Assembly (NCBI GenBank): GCA_037310415.1
Contig: CP147780.1
Span: forward strand, 192,001-256,000
DNA length: 64,000 nucleotides
Origin: Candidatus Atabeyarchaeum deiterrae
Lineage (GTDB): Archaea > Asgardarchaeota > Atabeyarchaeia > Atabeyarchaeales > Atabeyarchaeaceae
Direction of reading: 5' to 3'
Both the position numbers and the translations under genes were made by a program. This document shows, in pieces, positions 1-9,713 of the stretch (position 1 is its first letter; every line of letters begins with the position of its first letter). The notes beneath the pieces are model-generated. The model made no database searches. It was not told the origin of the DNA and worked only from the letters and a program-made list of their open reading frames with translations.

Positions 1-754
1 GGAACAGGCGTAGATCGGATGGGCGGCTCTTTGCAGGATGAACTATGGTTATCCCTACGTCGTCCCAGTACGTGTAAAAGGATCCGGTTCCACCGCTTTG
101 GGTGACGGCATTGTAGCGCATCGTAATTCTATATGTGCCGTTTCCACCTTGTGTGATGTAGTTATTCAAGTCAACAGATACAAGGATCCACTGGCTCGTG
201 GGTGTTGTGAAGTTCCTGGACCAGACTTGACAGATTGTATTGTTGGGCAGTTTCAACCTAGCACTAAGGTAGCTCCCAATTGCACGGGTCACAGTTGGGC
301 AGTAATAGCGGAAAGTCAGCGAAGTTGAATTGGGTGCTTCTCCTTTGAAAGTTCCATTGTAGAAGAAGTTCTGCCACAAATCAACTCTCCAGGATCCGCT
401 ACTGGAGGTGGAGAGGTAAATTTGGACAGCTGATGGGCCGGAAAAATAGGTAGAATTTTGGTTTCTGTACGTATATGATGCCCCCGAACCGCTCGGCACT
501 GTAGAGGAAAACGTCCAGTTTTTCGGTAGGTACCTGTTTGGGGTTAAGGTCGAGTTCCAGATGGAAGTGCTGAAGTTCCGATATGTGGGGAAAACGTCGG
601 TTACTTCATTTCCTGGGGAACGGTGCGCCGTGATTGTTGGCGTTGACGGTTCTGCCATATTTCCAGCTGTTGAATTGGGGAGAAAAACTAGATTCGTTCC
701 CATAATTGCCAATAAGGAGATAAGCAAAATCATTGTTGCCGGTCGTTTCCTCAA
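1..754 (-). CDS. Secreted/cell-surface protein, N-terminal part (runs off window start)
   Basis: Not in ORF track. Minus-strand frame from TTG 754 (ATG 733 alternative), purine-rich RBS upstream. Signal peptide MRKRPATMILLISLLAIMG, then Ser/Thr/Asn-rich sequence with N-x-S/T sequons; no stop in the parts translated. Confidence 0.7.
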   Translation of the reverse strand, partial: MRKRPATMILLISLLAIMGTNLVFLPNSTAGNMAEPSTPTITAHRSPGNEVTDVFPTYRNFSTSIWNSTLTPNRYLPKNWTFSSTVPSGSGASYTYRNQNSTYFSGPSAVQIYLSTSSSGSWRVDLWQNFFYNGTFKGEAPNSTSLTFRYYCPTVTRAIGSYLSARLKLPNNTICQVWSRNFTTPTSQWILVSVDLNNYITQGGNGTYRITMRYNAVTQSGGTGSFYTYWDDVGITIVHPAKSRPSDLRLF

Positions 755-1060
755 CTCGTCTCCACCACGTCTGAGATGTCGCTGTTGGTTCTTACTTATT
801 GGGACTTACATAAATGTCTTATTGCTGTTTTGCGATATTTTTGGAGATAAATGTCTCATCCTTCTAAAACGCTTCTCTCGATTGAGGAAAGGAGAGCGGA
901 CACCCCCTATGACTCTCCTAACTCACACCTAATGTCGCTATAATGCGCCTGTTGTAGAACGTAAAGAGCTGTGGATCAGACTTGTGAATGATTGAAGAAA
1001 CAAGTACAATCTCTTGCTAAACTACATCGTGAGGACAAGTGGTCCTCGGTCATGTCTTAT

Positions 1061-1543
1061 TCATACAGCTGTCTCTTCTCTCGGCAGGCCTGCGGTCATG
1101 CTGTCGAGAAGTTCTTCGAGTTTGTCCTTGGTTAGAGAATCTCTAGTTTTCATGATGGACGTGGCCTTTAATTCATTCCTCTCTATTGTTTCTATTGTTC
1201 CCTCAATTGCTTGTTTCTTGATTTCCTTGAGCCCTTTGACGTTGAACCGGTAGGTATCCTTTGTCTTTCTACATCTAGAGTACTTTGTCAAAGAGACATG
1301 CGTGCAAAGACCTTGCTCCTCCCATTTTCTGAGAATATCCTTCACAATGCGATGGACTATCGGGAACCCAGTTCTGCCAATCCGTGCCGCAGTCATTATG
1401 GTTTTTGCGAGTTGGGAGCTTGTAAATTCGTTTGCACGGTATTTAGAGTTTACCTTGGTAATATACTCCACAATTGTGGACCTGAACCCGCTAATCAGCG
1501 CCTCACGAGCAGCTTCTCTATCTTTGGTGTCTATTTCTGTCGT
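1061..1543 (-). CDS. Hypothetical winged-helix-like DNA-binding protein; probable ACG start
   Basis: ORF track gives 1061..1471. The frame stays open to ACG at 1543, 7 nt after AAGGAGGGGG. The segment FTSSQLAK...VKDILRKWEEQGLC resembles a wHTH. Confidence 0.6.
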   Translation of the reverse strand, partial: TTEIDTKDREAAREALISGFRSTIVEYITKVNSKYRANEFTSSQLAKTIMTAARIGRTGFPIVHRIVKDILRKWEEQGLCTHVSLTKYSRCRKTKDTYRFNVKGLKEIKKQAIEGTIETIERNELKATSIMKTRDSLTKDKLEELLDSMTAGLPREETAV

Positions 1544-1558
1544 CCTGAATCCCCCTCC

Positions 1559-2692
1559 TTAGCTTATCTTCTCAGGTTTTGCTTTCCGAGGAATCCCAGT
1601 AACCATGCTGAATTCTTCTTTCAAAATTTGTAGATATTTGATCGCCATCCCTTTAGAGAGTTCTCCCGAAGTCCACTTTTCTCTAATGTTGTCTATCATG
1701 TATTCAGGGAAGAATAGCAGGATTTGTGGGTCAGCTTTGAGCAAGTACTTGTTACCATCGTCTCCTCTGCCAGGCACCTCACTTACTATTCCGGATTTCA
1801 TTAGGCTTTTGATGAGTTTCTCAACTTCCTTCATCGACTTGTCAAAAGCTGTGGCAAGCTGTTCTTTCTTCGCCAAGTTATCTCTGAGCAGAGTCACTAA
1901 TTTGTAGAGATTCGTGTCACCAAGTATCTGAGCTACTTCGCCGACTGCGTCATCAGAGACCTTGTATTGCTTGAAGAAGTCGGCAATTTCACCCCTCACA
2001 GATTTTCCCAAGTTTCCCTTTATTTCGCCTTTCAGTATTCTCGTCATTACTGTCTCTGGTGGCGCGAATGTTGCAAACATATCTCTGATTAGAAAAATGC
2101 AGTCGCCTGTCACACCTTCAACAACTGCTTTTCTAATGAGATTAGTCCTTATCAATGGCACGAGGAGGAGGTCTATGTCAGATACCGAAGTTCCAAGTTC
2201 TTGTTCAAGCCATTCTTGCAGCTCGATCTTTGCCATACATCCTTCTGCCAATTTCTTGAAGATAAGTTTCCTTGCGGGATCGAGAAGTATCAAGGCAAGT
2301 CTTTGTTCGAGGGATAATTTCACATAGACTGAGAGTGACTCATAATTCTTCATGAGGAGGTCTTGGAAATCGTTCGCAGCTATTCTCTTAACGAGTTCCC
2401 TGGCGGATTCCGTTAATGGTTCCTCGAATATTCCTGCATCTTCCTCAGCGCTTAGAAGAAGTGCTATGTAGTATTGAGCTTCTCCTCTGGCTGCCAGACC
2501 AGTGTAGTAGCTTGCAACATTCATGGTTTCGAGCTTCATGGACATGAAGCCAGCTTTTCCCTCCCCCATGGCATGTGAGGTGAATATTCTCATCATCTCG
2601 TCAGGGGTCAGTTGGAGGTCCCCAGGGTGTTTCGCCCTTAGTACTGTGCCTTTGGTGTCGTCCCATTTGACGGCAATGATTCCTTTTGGCAT
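1559..2692 (-). CDS. Longin/uDENN-like domain plus tandem winged-helix protein (NPRL2/DENN-like architecture)
   Basis: N-terminal MPKGIIAVKWDDTKGTVLRAKHP...VASYYTG...YYIALLL pattern typical of Asgard longin/uDENN proteins; two wHTH-like segments follow. Confidence 0.65.
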   Translation of the reverse strand: MPKGIIAVKWDDTKGTVLRAKHPGDLQLTPDEMMRIFTSHAMGEGKAGFMSMKLETMNVASYYTGLAARGEAQYYIALLLSAEEDAGIFEEPLTESARELVKRIAANDFQDLLMKNYESLSVYVKLSLEQRLALILLDPARKLIFKKLAEGCMAKIELQEWLEQELGTSVSDIDLLLVPLIRTNLIRKAVVEGVTGDCIFLIRDMFATFAPPETVMTRILKGEIKGNLGKSVRGEIADFFKQYKVSDDAVGEVAQILGDTNLYKLVTLLRDNLAKKEQLATAFDKSMKEVEKLIKSLMKSGIVSEVPGRGDDGNKYLLKADPQILLFFPEYMIDNIREKWTSGELSKGMAIKYLQILKEEFSMVTGIPRKAKPEKIS

Positions 2693-2968
2693 TTGCTTTA
2701 GACCCCTTCCGACTTCGTGGATCATACTATTAGGTTAAATCTGCTTTCCGGTCTTATCGCTTCGGAACGCTTCGTTGACCCAGTCCTGCAGTCGTTTTTT
2801 CTACAGAAGTAATGTAGGGAAAGTAGAATATCAAGATTCCGTTTTGATTAGGGAAATCGCAACACGGCAAATCAGCGGGTTGCTATCAGTAGATCATAAG
2901 AACCTCGTTTCGGGACACAAGAGAGTAGAATCTTACCAGATTCTCTCATGCTACAGCAGTCTGGTCAA

Positions 2969-3415
2969 TCAAGCCAGTTCCCTTTCTAGTGTATCAAGCT
3001 GTTTCTTAGTTTCCCCTGTGTTCTTTACTTCTCCTGAGTCAATCCGTACGCGGAGGGATATCCATTTGAATGAATCAGTCAATAGCTTCGGGAAGCTTTC
3101 CTGAGTCCGACGCGCAATTAGTTTGCCCGATACCCTGTCAAGCGCGTCTCTATATTTCTCACCGTTTTCGTCTTGTCTAAGTACTATGGCGACCATGTAC
3201 TGTGGTCTTCCTCTCACAGCCATTCCTGTGTAGAAGCTTGCAATGTTAGAGTTTCCTATTCTTAGGGTTTGGAAACCCGTTGTCCCAGCCATTGCGGCGC
3301 TGCTGAAGGCTGTAATCAAGTTGCCTTCATTATAGAAACGTTCATTCGGATAGTGCTCTCCTACAACTGGCCCCGTGGCGTCATCCCAGTGCAGTATCAC
3401 CAATCCTTTAGGCAT
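2969..3415 (-). CDS. Stand-alone longin/uDENN-like protein, paralog of the neighbouring N-domain
   Basis: MPKGLVILHWDDATGPVVGEHYP...IASFYTGMAVRGRPQYMVAIVL aligns directly with the N-terminus of 1559..2692. Confidence 0.65.
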   Translation of the reverse strand: MPKGLVILHWDDATGPVVGEHYPNERFYNEGNLITAFSSAAMAGTTGFQTLRIGNSNIASFYTGMAVRGRPQYMVAIVLRQDENGEKYRDALDRVSGKLIARRTQESFPKLLTDSFKWISLRVRIDSGEVKNTGETKKQLDTLERELA

Positions 3416-3609
3416 GGATAGTTAGTTCCTCCCAACCATACGTTAAGGTATTAATAGCGCGAGAATCCATCTTGCGAATCTCACAAGTTGTGCGCAAACG
3501 CTGACAAGTGTAGTATTGTTTCCCGACTTTAAAATCTTTTACCGAAAGTCAAAGGAATTCGGGGTCTACTTGCGAACTCGGAGCAAGCCGTTGAGGACGC
3601 CAAGTTGGG

Positions 3610-4383
3610 CTATAGGAGGATGTAGGATGAGGAATTGGCCTTGATGAAGTCGAGTGTTCGTTTGTACTCACCTGTTAATTGACTAAATCCGTCCTCTGGC
3701 TCACTTCGTTCAGAGCTTTGTTCGATGATGCTCCACTCCGAAAGAGACTGCTTCGAAGGCGAAATTAGTTCCCGTTTGTCAACCCACAGAATTCTCACCT
3801 TGTTTGCGTCGTCATACCTGCCTTTCAATAGATCATCTGTAAAGGGTGCATAGATTTTCCTGTGAACTCCGCCCAATGTAAATCTCGCTTTGGCCAAACC
3901 ACTTGTGAATCTAATCTCAAGTTTCACTTTTGAGGTTGTTGTGTATTCGACTTTCGGGATTGTGGCCAGAGGTTTGACCTCTGCAATCTTCTTTTCGACG
4001 AGGGGGTTTCCTCGCGCCATCATGACTCTCTTTACGTAACTTTCTATTTCCGCCTTTGACGACTCTGTCAGGGGATCTATAACCTCAGGCGAGATTATGT
4101 TCACGAGAGGAAGAGGTTCCCAAGGTCTAAGCTCAGTTGGATCGAATATTACTCCAGAAATCGCTTGGTCGAAGTCAATTTCTCCTGTGGTCTTCTTGAT
4201 GGTTCCCTTGACGTAGCCTGGACCGATTAGTGCCGATCTTACTCGTTCTTCCAAGATCAGCGTCCAGAGTTGTCTGGAGGCAACCAAGAGCTTTCCATCG
4301 AGCCTATCTCGCCCAAATCGCGACGTGAAATTTGGAATAGTGAAGTCTACGAGCCAGTACACAACTTTCTGCTGACGGGACAA
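3610..4383 (-). CDS. Hypothetical protein (257 aa)
   Basis: Long ORF with AGGGGAG RBS; no family recognised. Confidence 0.6.
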   Translation of the reverse strand: MSRQQKVVYWLVDFTIPNFTSRFGRDRLDGKLLVASRQLWTLILEERVRSALIGPGYVKGTIKKTTGEIDFDQAISGVIFDPTELRPWEPLPLVNIISPEVIDPLTESSKAEIESYVKRVMMARGNPLVEKKIAEVKPLATIPKVEYTTTSKVKLEIRFTSGLAKARFTLGGVHRKIYAPFTDDLLKGRYDDANKVRILWVDKRELISPSKQSLSEWSIIEQSSERSEPEDGFSQLTGEYKRTLDFIKANSSSYILL

Positions 4384-4448
4384 CTTTAACTCCCCTGAAT
4401 AATATACTGTCCTTTTCCTATGGGTCTACTCGGATATAACATATGGCA

Positions 4449-5762
4449 CTAGTTTTGGTTCTGATCTTTTGTACTGATCTCCCCCACGACGGCACTCTTT
4501 GGTTTGAAGAAGTTATCAAGGAAGTAGTCTGTCATGAAGTCGCATAATGAGTCTAAGTCAACCCTCTCTGTTGATTTCGGGTCTTCCATTTGCTCCTTGT
4601 GCACGAAACGCTCTAACTTTGGGAGCAATTCCTCTACCCTTGGTTTTTTATTCATGGTGAAACGGTCATGCATTTGAAGTATCATATCAACAGCTACCTC
4701 GATAGGTTGCTTGGTTTCACCCGCCAATATCCTATGGACCTTCTGAACTGTCTTCTGAAGAAACTCATGCGAGTCTTCTCTTTGCTTAGCTAGTCTAATG
4801 TCCCGCTCCAAGAAATCATAGGGATTTCCCAGTAGTGGATGGAGTTCACCGTGACTTGGAATTGGTGACGTGACAACTAGATAACTCCCCTTCTCGATTG
4901 ATGCAGAAGAGGCTGCTTCCTTTACCATCAGTTGTACGATGAGTTCGGCTAGGCTCTCCTTGGACATTGACTCAAGCGGTAGTTCGATGTCAGATAGAGC
5001 TTTCTCCACTTCAAGCGCGATCTTTTTCACTGGTTCGACTTCTCTGCTGGACCAAGATTCTAAATTGACTGCGCCCAAAGCTGATTTCAACTTGCTCAGC
5101 ATTGATCGGACTTCTTCTACTTTCCTTGAAAGGAAAAGTTTTGCTTTTTCCAGTTTGTTGGGGCTTTTCAGAATTGCTTCGACTATCACCAACGACCCAA
5201 GAAGTGCGTTACCTTGTCTATGGGAGGTAATCCATCGGTGGATGACTGGTGTTATGAGACCTCGTGTGATCTTCCGTCTGTCATAAATGATTAAAGAGAC
5301 CTTTTCAAACGGGATCTCTTTTGAAGTAAGAAGCGATTCTAATGTACTGAGGGTTGCTGTCTGGTCACTTATCTGTCGGCTGAATCTTCTGTAAAGGTAT
5401 TCTATCCATTCTCCCTCTCTGATGGCGAAGTCAAGCTGGGATGATTCTATGGGTGGTACGGGGTAGTCTACAGAGTTTAGTCTTCCATACTCTCTTTTTA
5501 GAAGCTCACATACGGTTTCGGCGGAGAGTATTCCATCTTGGTCGATCTGGTATGAAACAAGTCCGAGGGCGAGAGGCACGCCATGGTTTTCAGCTATTTT
5601 CTTCGCGAATGATATGGGGACCTTCAGAACCTTCTGGCTGAGCTCACCATAAATTACTTTGAACTCTTCATTCAGGTCGTGAATATTTTTATCGACTTGG
5701 ACTTCGTCTCCCCCCGGATAATGCTTTCCGCCCTTCAGTTCCTTCTTAATCCAGCTACTCAA
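4449..5762 (-). CDS. Hypothetical alpha-helical protein (437 aa)
   Basis: Long ORF with GAGGGAG RBS; no family recognised. Confidence 0.65.
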   Translation of the reverse strand: MSSWIKKELKGGKHYPGGDEVQVDKNIHDLNEEFKVIYGELSQKVLKVPISFAKKIAENHGVPLALGLVSYQIDQDGILSAETVCELLKREYGRLNSVDYPVPPIESSQLDFAIREGEWIEYLYRRFSRQISDQTATLSTLESLLTSKEIPFEKVSLIIYDRRKITRGLITPVIHRWITSHRQGNALLGSLVIVEAILKSPNKLEKAKLFLSRKVEEVRSMLSKLKSALGAVNLESWSSREVEPVKKIALEVEKALSDIELPLESMSKESLAELIVQLMVKEAASSASIEKGSYLVVTSPIPSHGELHPLLGNPYDFLERDIRLAKQREDSHEFLQKTVQKVHRILAGETKQPIEVAVDMILQMHDRFTMNKKPRVEELLPKLERFVHKEQMEDPKSTERVDLDSLCDFMTDYFLDNFFKPKSAVVGEISTKDQNQN

Positions 5763-5900
5763 TGTTTCTCCCCTCTTCTTCTGAAACGATGATAAGAGTG
5801 ACCTAGTTTGTGTTCTGGCACAGAATTGAGTGATGATATGTGAGACGGCAAATAAGACTAGGATCGTTCCTTAGTATAAGTGTCATTTCCCCTTGTCGTG

Positions 5901-6107
5901 CTAGAAATATGAAGAAACCAGAATGAATTGAATGCCGAATCCTAGCAGTAGAGACATGATTGTGACTGTCGCGGATGTCTTGAACAAGGAGAATTTGACA
6001 GTGTACTCTACTTGCATTACTAGCCAAATCACCATGATTATGCCAAAGAATATGAATAACATGCCTAGACCTGATATTAGTGCGGACATTTTTGGTTCAC
6101 CAAGCAA
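5901..6107 (-). CDS. OST5/TMEM258-like two-TM small membrane protein
   Basis: Two TM helices; C-terminal SLLLGFGIQFIL resembles TMEM258 SLFMGFGVLFLL. Confidence 0.55.
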   Translation of the reverse strand: MLGEPKMSALISGLGMLFIFFGIIMVIWLVMQVEYTVKFSLFKTSATVTIMSLLLGFGIQFILVSSYF

Positions 6108-6208
6108 CCATGATAGGTTTGCGATCAGCAGATACTTCCCTAAAAGGTGATCCTTTGGTTCAATTTTAACTTTTTGTTCAAGTAAGTATTTAAAGGCTTG
6201 GAAGCTCG

Positions 6209-7177
6209 TTAGATTTTGAATCCGTATTCTTCCTCGAAGATCTTCCTCAGGAGGAAGTAGGCTCCTTGTGGAGGGATCACTCCTCGTTCAGTTATTATAG
6301 CATCGATGTATTCTGCAGGGCAGACGTCGAACTGAGGGTTCCTGATCGTAAGGTTCTCCTGTCGCTCCTCATCGTATATCTTAGAGGGGTCTTCTTCTTC
6401 TATCGTGATTCGCTGTCCAAGTATCGATTCGGGATAGAATTTGTAGGTCCCAGCTGCTACCAACGTTCTCACTCGGGCCTCATGTGCTACCGTGGCTATC
6501 ATTGATGTGCCGATCTTGTTGACTATTGCACCATTCACCGCGATGGCTTCAGCGCCCACAAGGACGTTATCTGCATCGTGCATGAATACCCTCGCCGCGA
6601 TGTCGATTATGAAAGTCACTGGGAAGCCGATTCTCAGGATCTCTTGAGTCATCTTCTTGCCTTCAAGTGCAGGTCGAGATTCAGTAACAATGGCCTTCAC
6701 TTCTTTTCCTTCCTCTTTGACTTTCTTCAGTATCGAAAGAACTGAGGTACTGTAACAATGAGTGAAGACAACGTCACCATTGCTTATTCTCTTCGAACCT
6801 ATTTCCCCTATCTTCGCTTTGGCCTCATCAATTCGAATTCGAAAGGTCTTGGCTGCATCTACCGCTGATTGTCTTACATCTTCCACCGTACCACTGTTTT
6901 TTGCCGCTAACGTAGCTCTATAGATGACGTACCGAGTTGAGTTCTGAAGAGAAGCAGAGGTTTGACGAGATTCTGAAAGTATCTTTGCCGTCTTCTTGAG
7001 CTCATCCAAGTATTCTTCGGGACTATTCTTGGTGATCGCCAGTGCTGACCTTTGCAGAGCATATGCTGCCGCATTGGCCGTATCGTCTGCCGTAGAGATC
7101 TCTCTACTTCTTATTCTTTTTACGATGTCACTTATTGTACTGGACGCCTCGTCTCGCACTTGCCTAGCCCCCTTCAA
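6209..7177 (-). CDS. eIF2B alpha/beta/delta / ribose-1,5-bisphosphate isomerase family protein, divergent paralog
   Basis: THCYS, VTESRP, VGAEAIAVNGAIVNKIGT and ITERG motifs. Confidence 0.85.
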   Translation of the reverse strand: MKGARQVRDEASSTISDIVKRIRSREISTADDTANAAAYALQRSALAITKNSPEEYLDELKKTAKILSESRQTSASLQNSTRYVIYRATLAAKNSGTVEDVRQSAVDAAKTFRIRIDEAKAKIGEIGSKRISNGDVVFTHCYSTSVLSILKKVKEEGKEVKAIVTESRPALEGKKMTQEILRIGFPVTFIIDIAARVFMHDADNVLVGAEAIAVNGAIVNKIGTSMIATVAHEARVRTLVAAGTYKFYPESILGQRITIEEEDPSKIYDEERQENLTIRNPQFDVCPAEYIDAIITERGVIPPQGAYFLLRKIFEEEYGFKI

Positions 7178-7340
7178 TCAAACAGGTGCATGCCACTCGA
7201 AAAAGTGGAGTGGGGATTACCTTGAAGAGTAATATATCTTTTGTATGTTGAGCATCTTTTAATAAGTTATCTGATGATCTTACACCTAGGAATCGCTAGA
7301 TTTTTGACCAGGGATATTTCGAGAAAGAAGAGGTGGCAGG

Positions 7341-8303
7341 TTGACTTTGGATGAAGAAGTTGAACGTATTGCCCGAGACATTGAGTCTATGAAAATAAGA
7401 GGTGCGGGTAGAATAGCGATGGCTGCCGCGAGTGCTCTTGCTATCACATCTTCGAAGTCGATTGCGACTAGCCGGGAGGAGTTTGTTGAAGAAATGCTAA
7501 TGGCTGCAAGAAGGTTGATAGCAACTCGACCTACTGCTGTTTCTCTTCCCAATAGCGTGAGGTTTGTCATGAAGAAACTAAGAGAAGGCGTTAATGCCAG
7601 CTATTCGCTTGAGGAGCTCAAGAGACACGTCATAAGCACTAGCAAGGAATTCATCAAGAACTCGGAAGAGGCTGTGACGAAGATAGGGGAGTATGGGAGC
7701 AAGCTCATAGAGAAAAATGAGACGATAATGACTCACTGTAATTCTGCGACTGCTATTGAGATCATTAAAACAGCCAATAGGCAAGGTAAGAGTATCAAGG
7801 TTTTCGCTACAGAGACTCGACCTTTGTTTCAGGGGCATATTACTTCTCAGATTCTTAGTAGAGAAGGTATCGATGTTACTTTGATATGTGACAATGCTGT
7901 GAGGCATTTCATTGACAAAATCGACAAGGTTATTGTGGGAGCTGACGCTATCGCCGCGAATGGCGCGCTCGTGAACAAGATCGGAACTTCACTAGTAGCT
8001 CTGGCAGCCAAGGAGGCCTCGATCCCATTTATTGTTGGAACTGAGACAATTAAGTTCAGTCCTGAGACGATCATAGGGGAGCTAATCAAGATAGAAGAGA
8101 GACCTTGGAGTGAAGTAATTAACGCAGACATCCTGAGCAATATTGGAAACATAAAAGTTCATAACCCAGCTTTCGACATAACCCCACCCGAATACGTTGA
8201 CATGATTGTCACCGAAAAAGGCGTGATTCCACCTCAAGGCGCGATTCAAGTTCTCTCAGAAGAATATGGATGGCTGACTCCAGAAGAGTTATACATCTTG
8301 TAG
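7341..8303 (+). CDS. Ribose-1,5-bisphosphate isomerase
   Basis: IRGAG, RPTAVSL, THCNS, GADAI..NKIGT and NPAFDITP motifs; directly upstream of RuBisCO. Confidence 0.9.
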   Translation: MTLDEEVERIARDIESMKIRGAGRIAMAAASALAITSSKSIATSREEFVEEMLMAARRLIATRPTAVSLPNSVRFVMKKLREGVNASYSLEELKRHVISTSKEFIKNSEEAVTKIGEYGSKLIEKNETIMTHCNSATAIEIIKTANRQGKSIKVFATETRPLFQGHITSQILSREGIDVTLICDNAVRHFIDKIDKVIVGADAIAANGALVNKIGTSLVALAAKEASIPFIVGTETIKFSPETIIGELIKIEERPWSEVINADILSNIGNIKVHNPAFDITPPEYVDMIVTEKGVIPPQGAIQVLSEEYGWLTPEELYIL

Positions 8304-8324
8304 AATACGAATGGTTGATGACAG

Positions 8325-9617
8325 GTGAACAGTGTTATGGGCAACATCGATAGTGTCGATCCAACCTTCGTGACAGAACCCTCTGACGTGGATCCAGACA
8401 ACAACGTGATAGCGACTTACTACGTTGATGCAGATTTCTCGACTCTGAAAGCGGGCGAACAAATCGCCATCGAGGAGAGCACAGGCACCTGGACCGAGGT
8501 CTCAACTTCTAAGGAAAATGTGAAGAGACTTTCAGGCAAGGTCTTTGAGTACCAAAAAGGAAACGAAGGTACAATCAAGCTAGCCTTCCCACTTGAGCTC
8601 TTTGACGTTGAGTCCGGTATCCCCAACCTGCTGAGCGTAATTGCTGGCAACCTATTCGGACTCGCACCACTGAGAAATGTCAGGTTACAGGATGTTGAGT
8701 TACCCAAAGACTACATAAAGAGCTTCTCTGGGCCAAGATTTGGAATTGATGGAATTAGAAAAATAATCGGAACGACTAAAGAAGGGAGACCGCATGTTGG
8801 AACCATAATCAAACCTAAAGTGGGCTTAAGTCCGCGGCAGACCGCTGAAGTTGCTTATCAAGCAGCTATGGGTGGAGTCGACCTGATCAAAGACGATGAG
8901 ACTCTCACGAACCAGTCTTTCTGCCCCCTTGAAAAAAGGGTGTCTTTTGTGATGGAGAAGCTTGACAGAGTTAAGGGAGAGACTGGCAGAAAAGTCCTCT
9001 ACGCTGTAAACGTGTCGGCATATCATGAAAGAATGATGAAGCTAGCTCAAGTGGCAATAGACAACGGAGCAAACTGCCTGATGATTGACTTCCTGACTGC
9101 AGGATTCTCGGCACTACAAGCATTGTCATCCGAGGACTCCTTCAATGTTCCAATACATGTTCACAGAACCATGCATGCAGCACTTGACAGAAACCCGAAA
9201 CATGGCATAGCCATGATGGTCTTAGCTAAGCTTGCTCGGTTAGCGGGAGGAGACCAACTGCACACTGGAACAGCAGCGGGAAAAATGGACAGGGGAGGCG
9301 AGGCGGTGAGAGAAACGAACGACTTCCTTCGCTCCGAATGGGTTGGAATCAAAACCACATTTCCCGTCGCGTCAGGTGGAGTGCACCCCGGCATAGTTCC
9401 TGACAATGTTGAAGCGTTAGGGAAGGACTTGGTTATCCAAGCAGGAGGAGGAATCCACGGACATCCGATGGGAACCAAGAGCGGGGCAATGGCAATGAGA
9501 CAAGCCATTGACGCAGTTATGAAAAATGTCTCCTTAGAGGATTACGGGAAGACTCATAGCGAGCTTGCTTTAGCCCTAGAAAAGTGGGATAAGAGATATG
9601 GAAAAGTAACAGACTGA
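8325..9617 (+). CDS. rbcL: RuBisCO large subunit, form III
   Basis: EESTGTW, GTIIKPKVGL, DLIKDDE, HVHRTMH, HTGTAAGKM, SGG and QAGGGIHGHP motifs all intact. Confidence 0.93.
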   Translation: MNSVMGNIDSVDPTFVTEPSDVDPDNNVIATYYVDADFSTLKAGEQIAIEESTGTWTEVSTSKENVKRLSGKVFEYQKGNEGTIKLAFPLELFDVESGIPNLLSVIAGNLFGLAPLRNVRLQDVELPKDYIKSFSGPRFGIDGIRKIIGTTKEGRPHVGTIIKPKVGLSPRQTAEVAYQAAMGGVDLIKDDETLTNQSFCPLEKRVSFVMEKLDRVKGETGRKVLYAVNVSAYHERMMKLAQVAIDNGANCLMIDFLTAGFSALQALSSEDSFNVPIHVHRTMHAALDRNPKHGIAMMVLAKLARLAGGDQLHTGTAAGKMDRGGEAVRETNDFLRSEWVGIKTTFPVASGGVHPGIVPDNVEALGKDLVIQAGGGIHGHPMGTKSGAMAMRQAIDAVMKNVSLEDYGKTHSELALALEKWDKRYGKVTD

Positions 9618-9713
9618 ATCTAATTAAGGAAAACACTAATACACATGTAATTCGTTGTCTGTCTGAATCCAGAAACCGATGCTGACCACTGCTACCAGAG
9701 GTGTTGAGACGAT

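Noticed and set aside
8325-9617. Calvin-cycle autotrophy or form IV RuBisCO-like protein
   Set aside because: Catalytic motifs are intact, and pairing with R15P isomerase points to nucleoside salvage; no phosphoribulokinase in the window.
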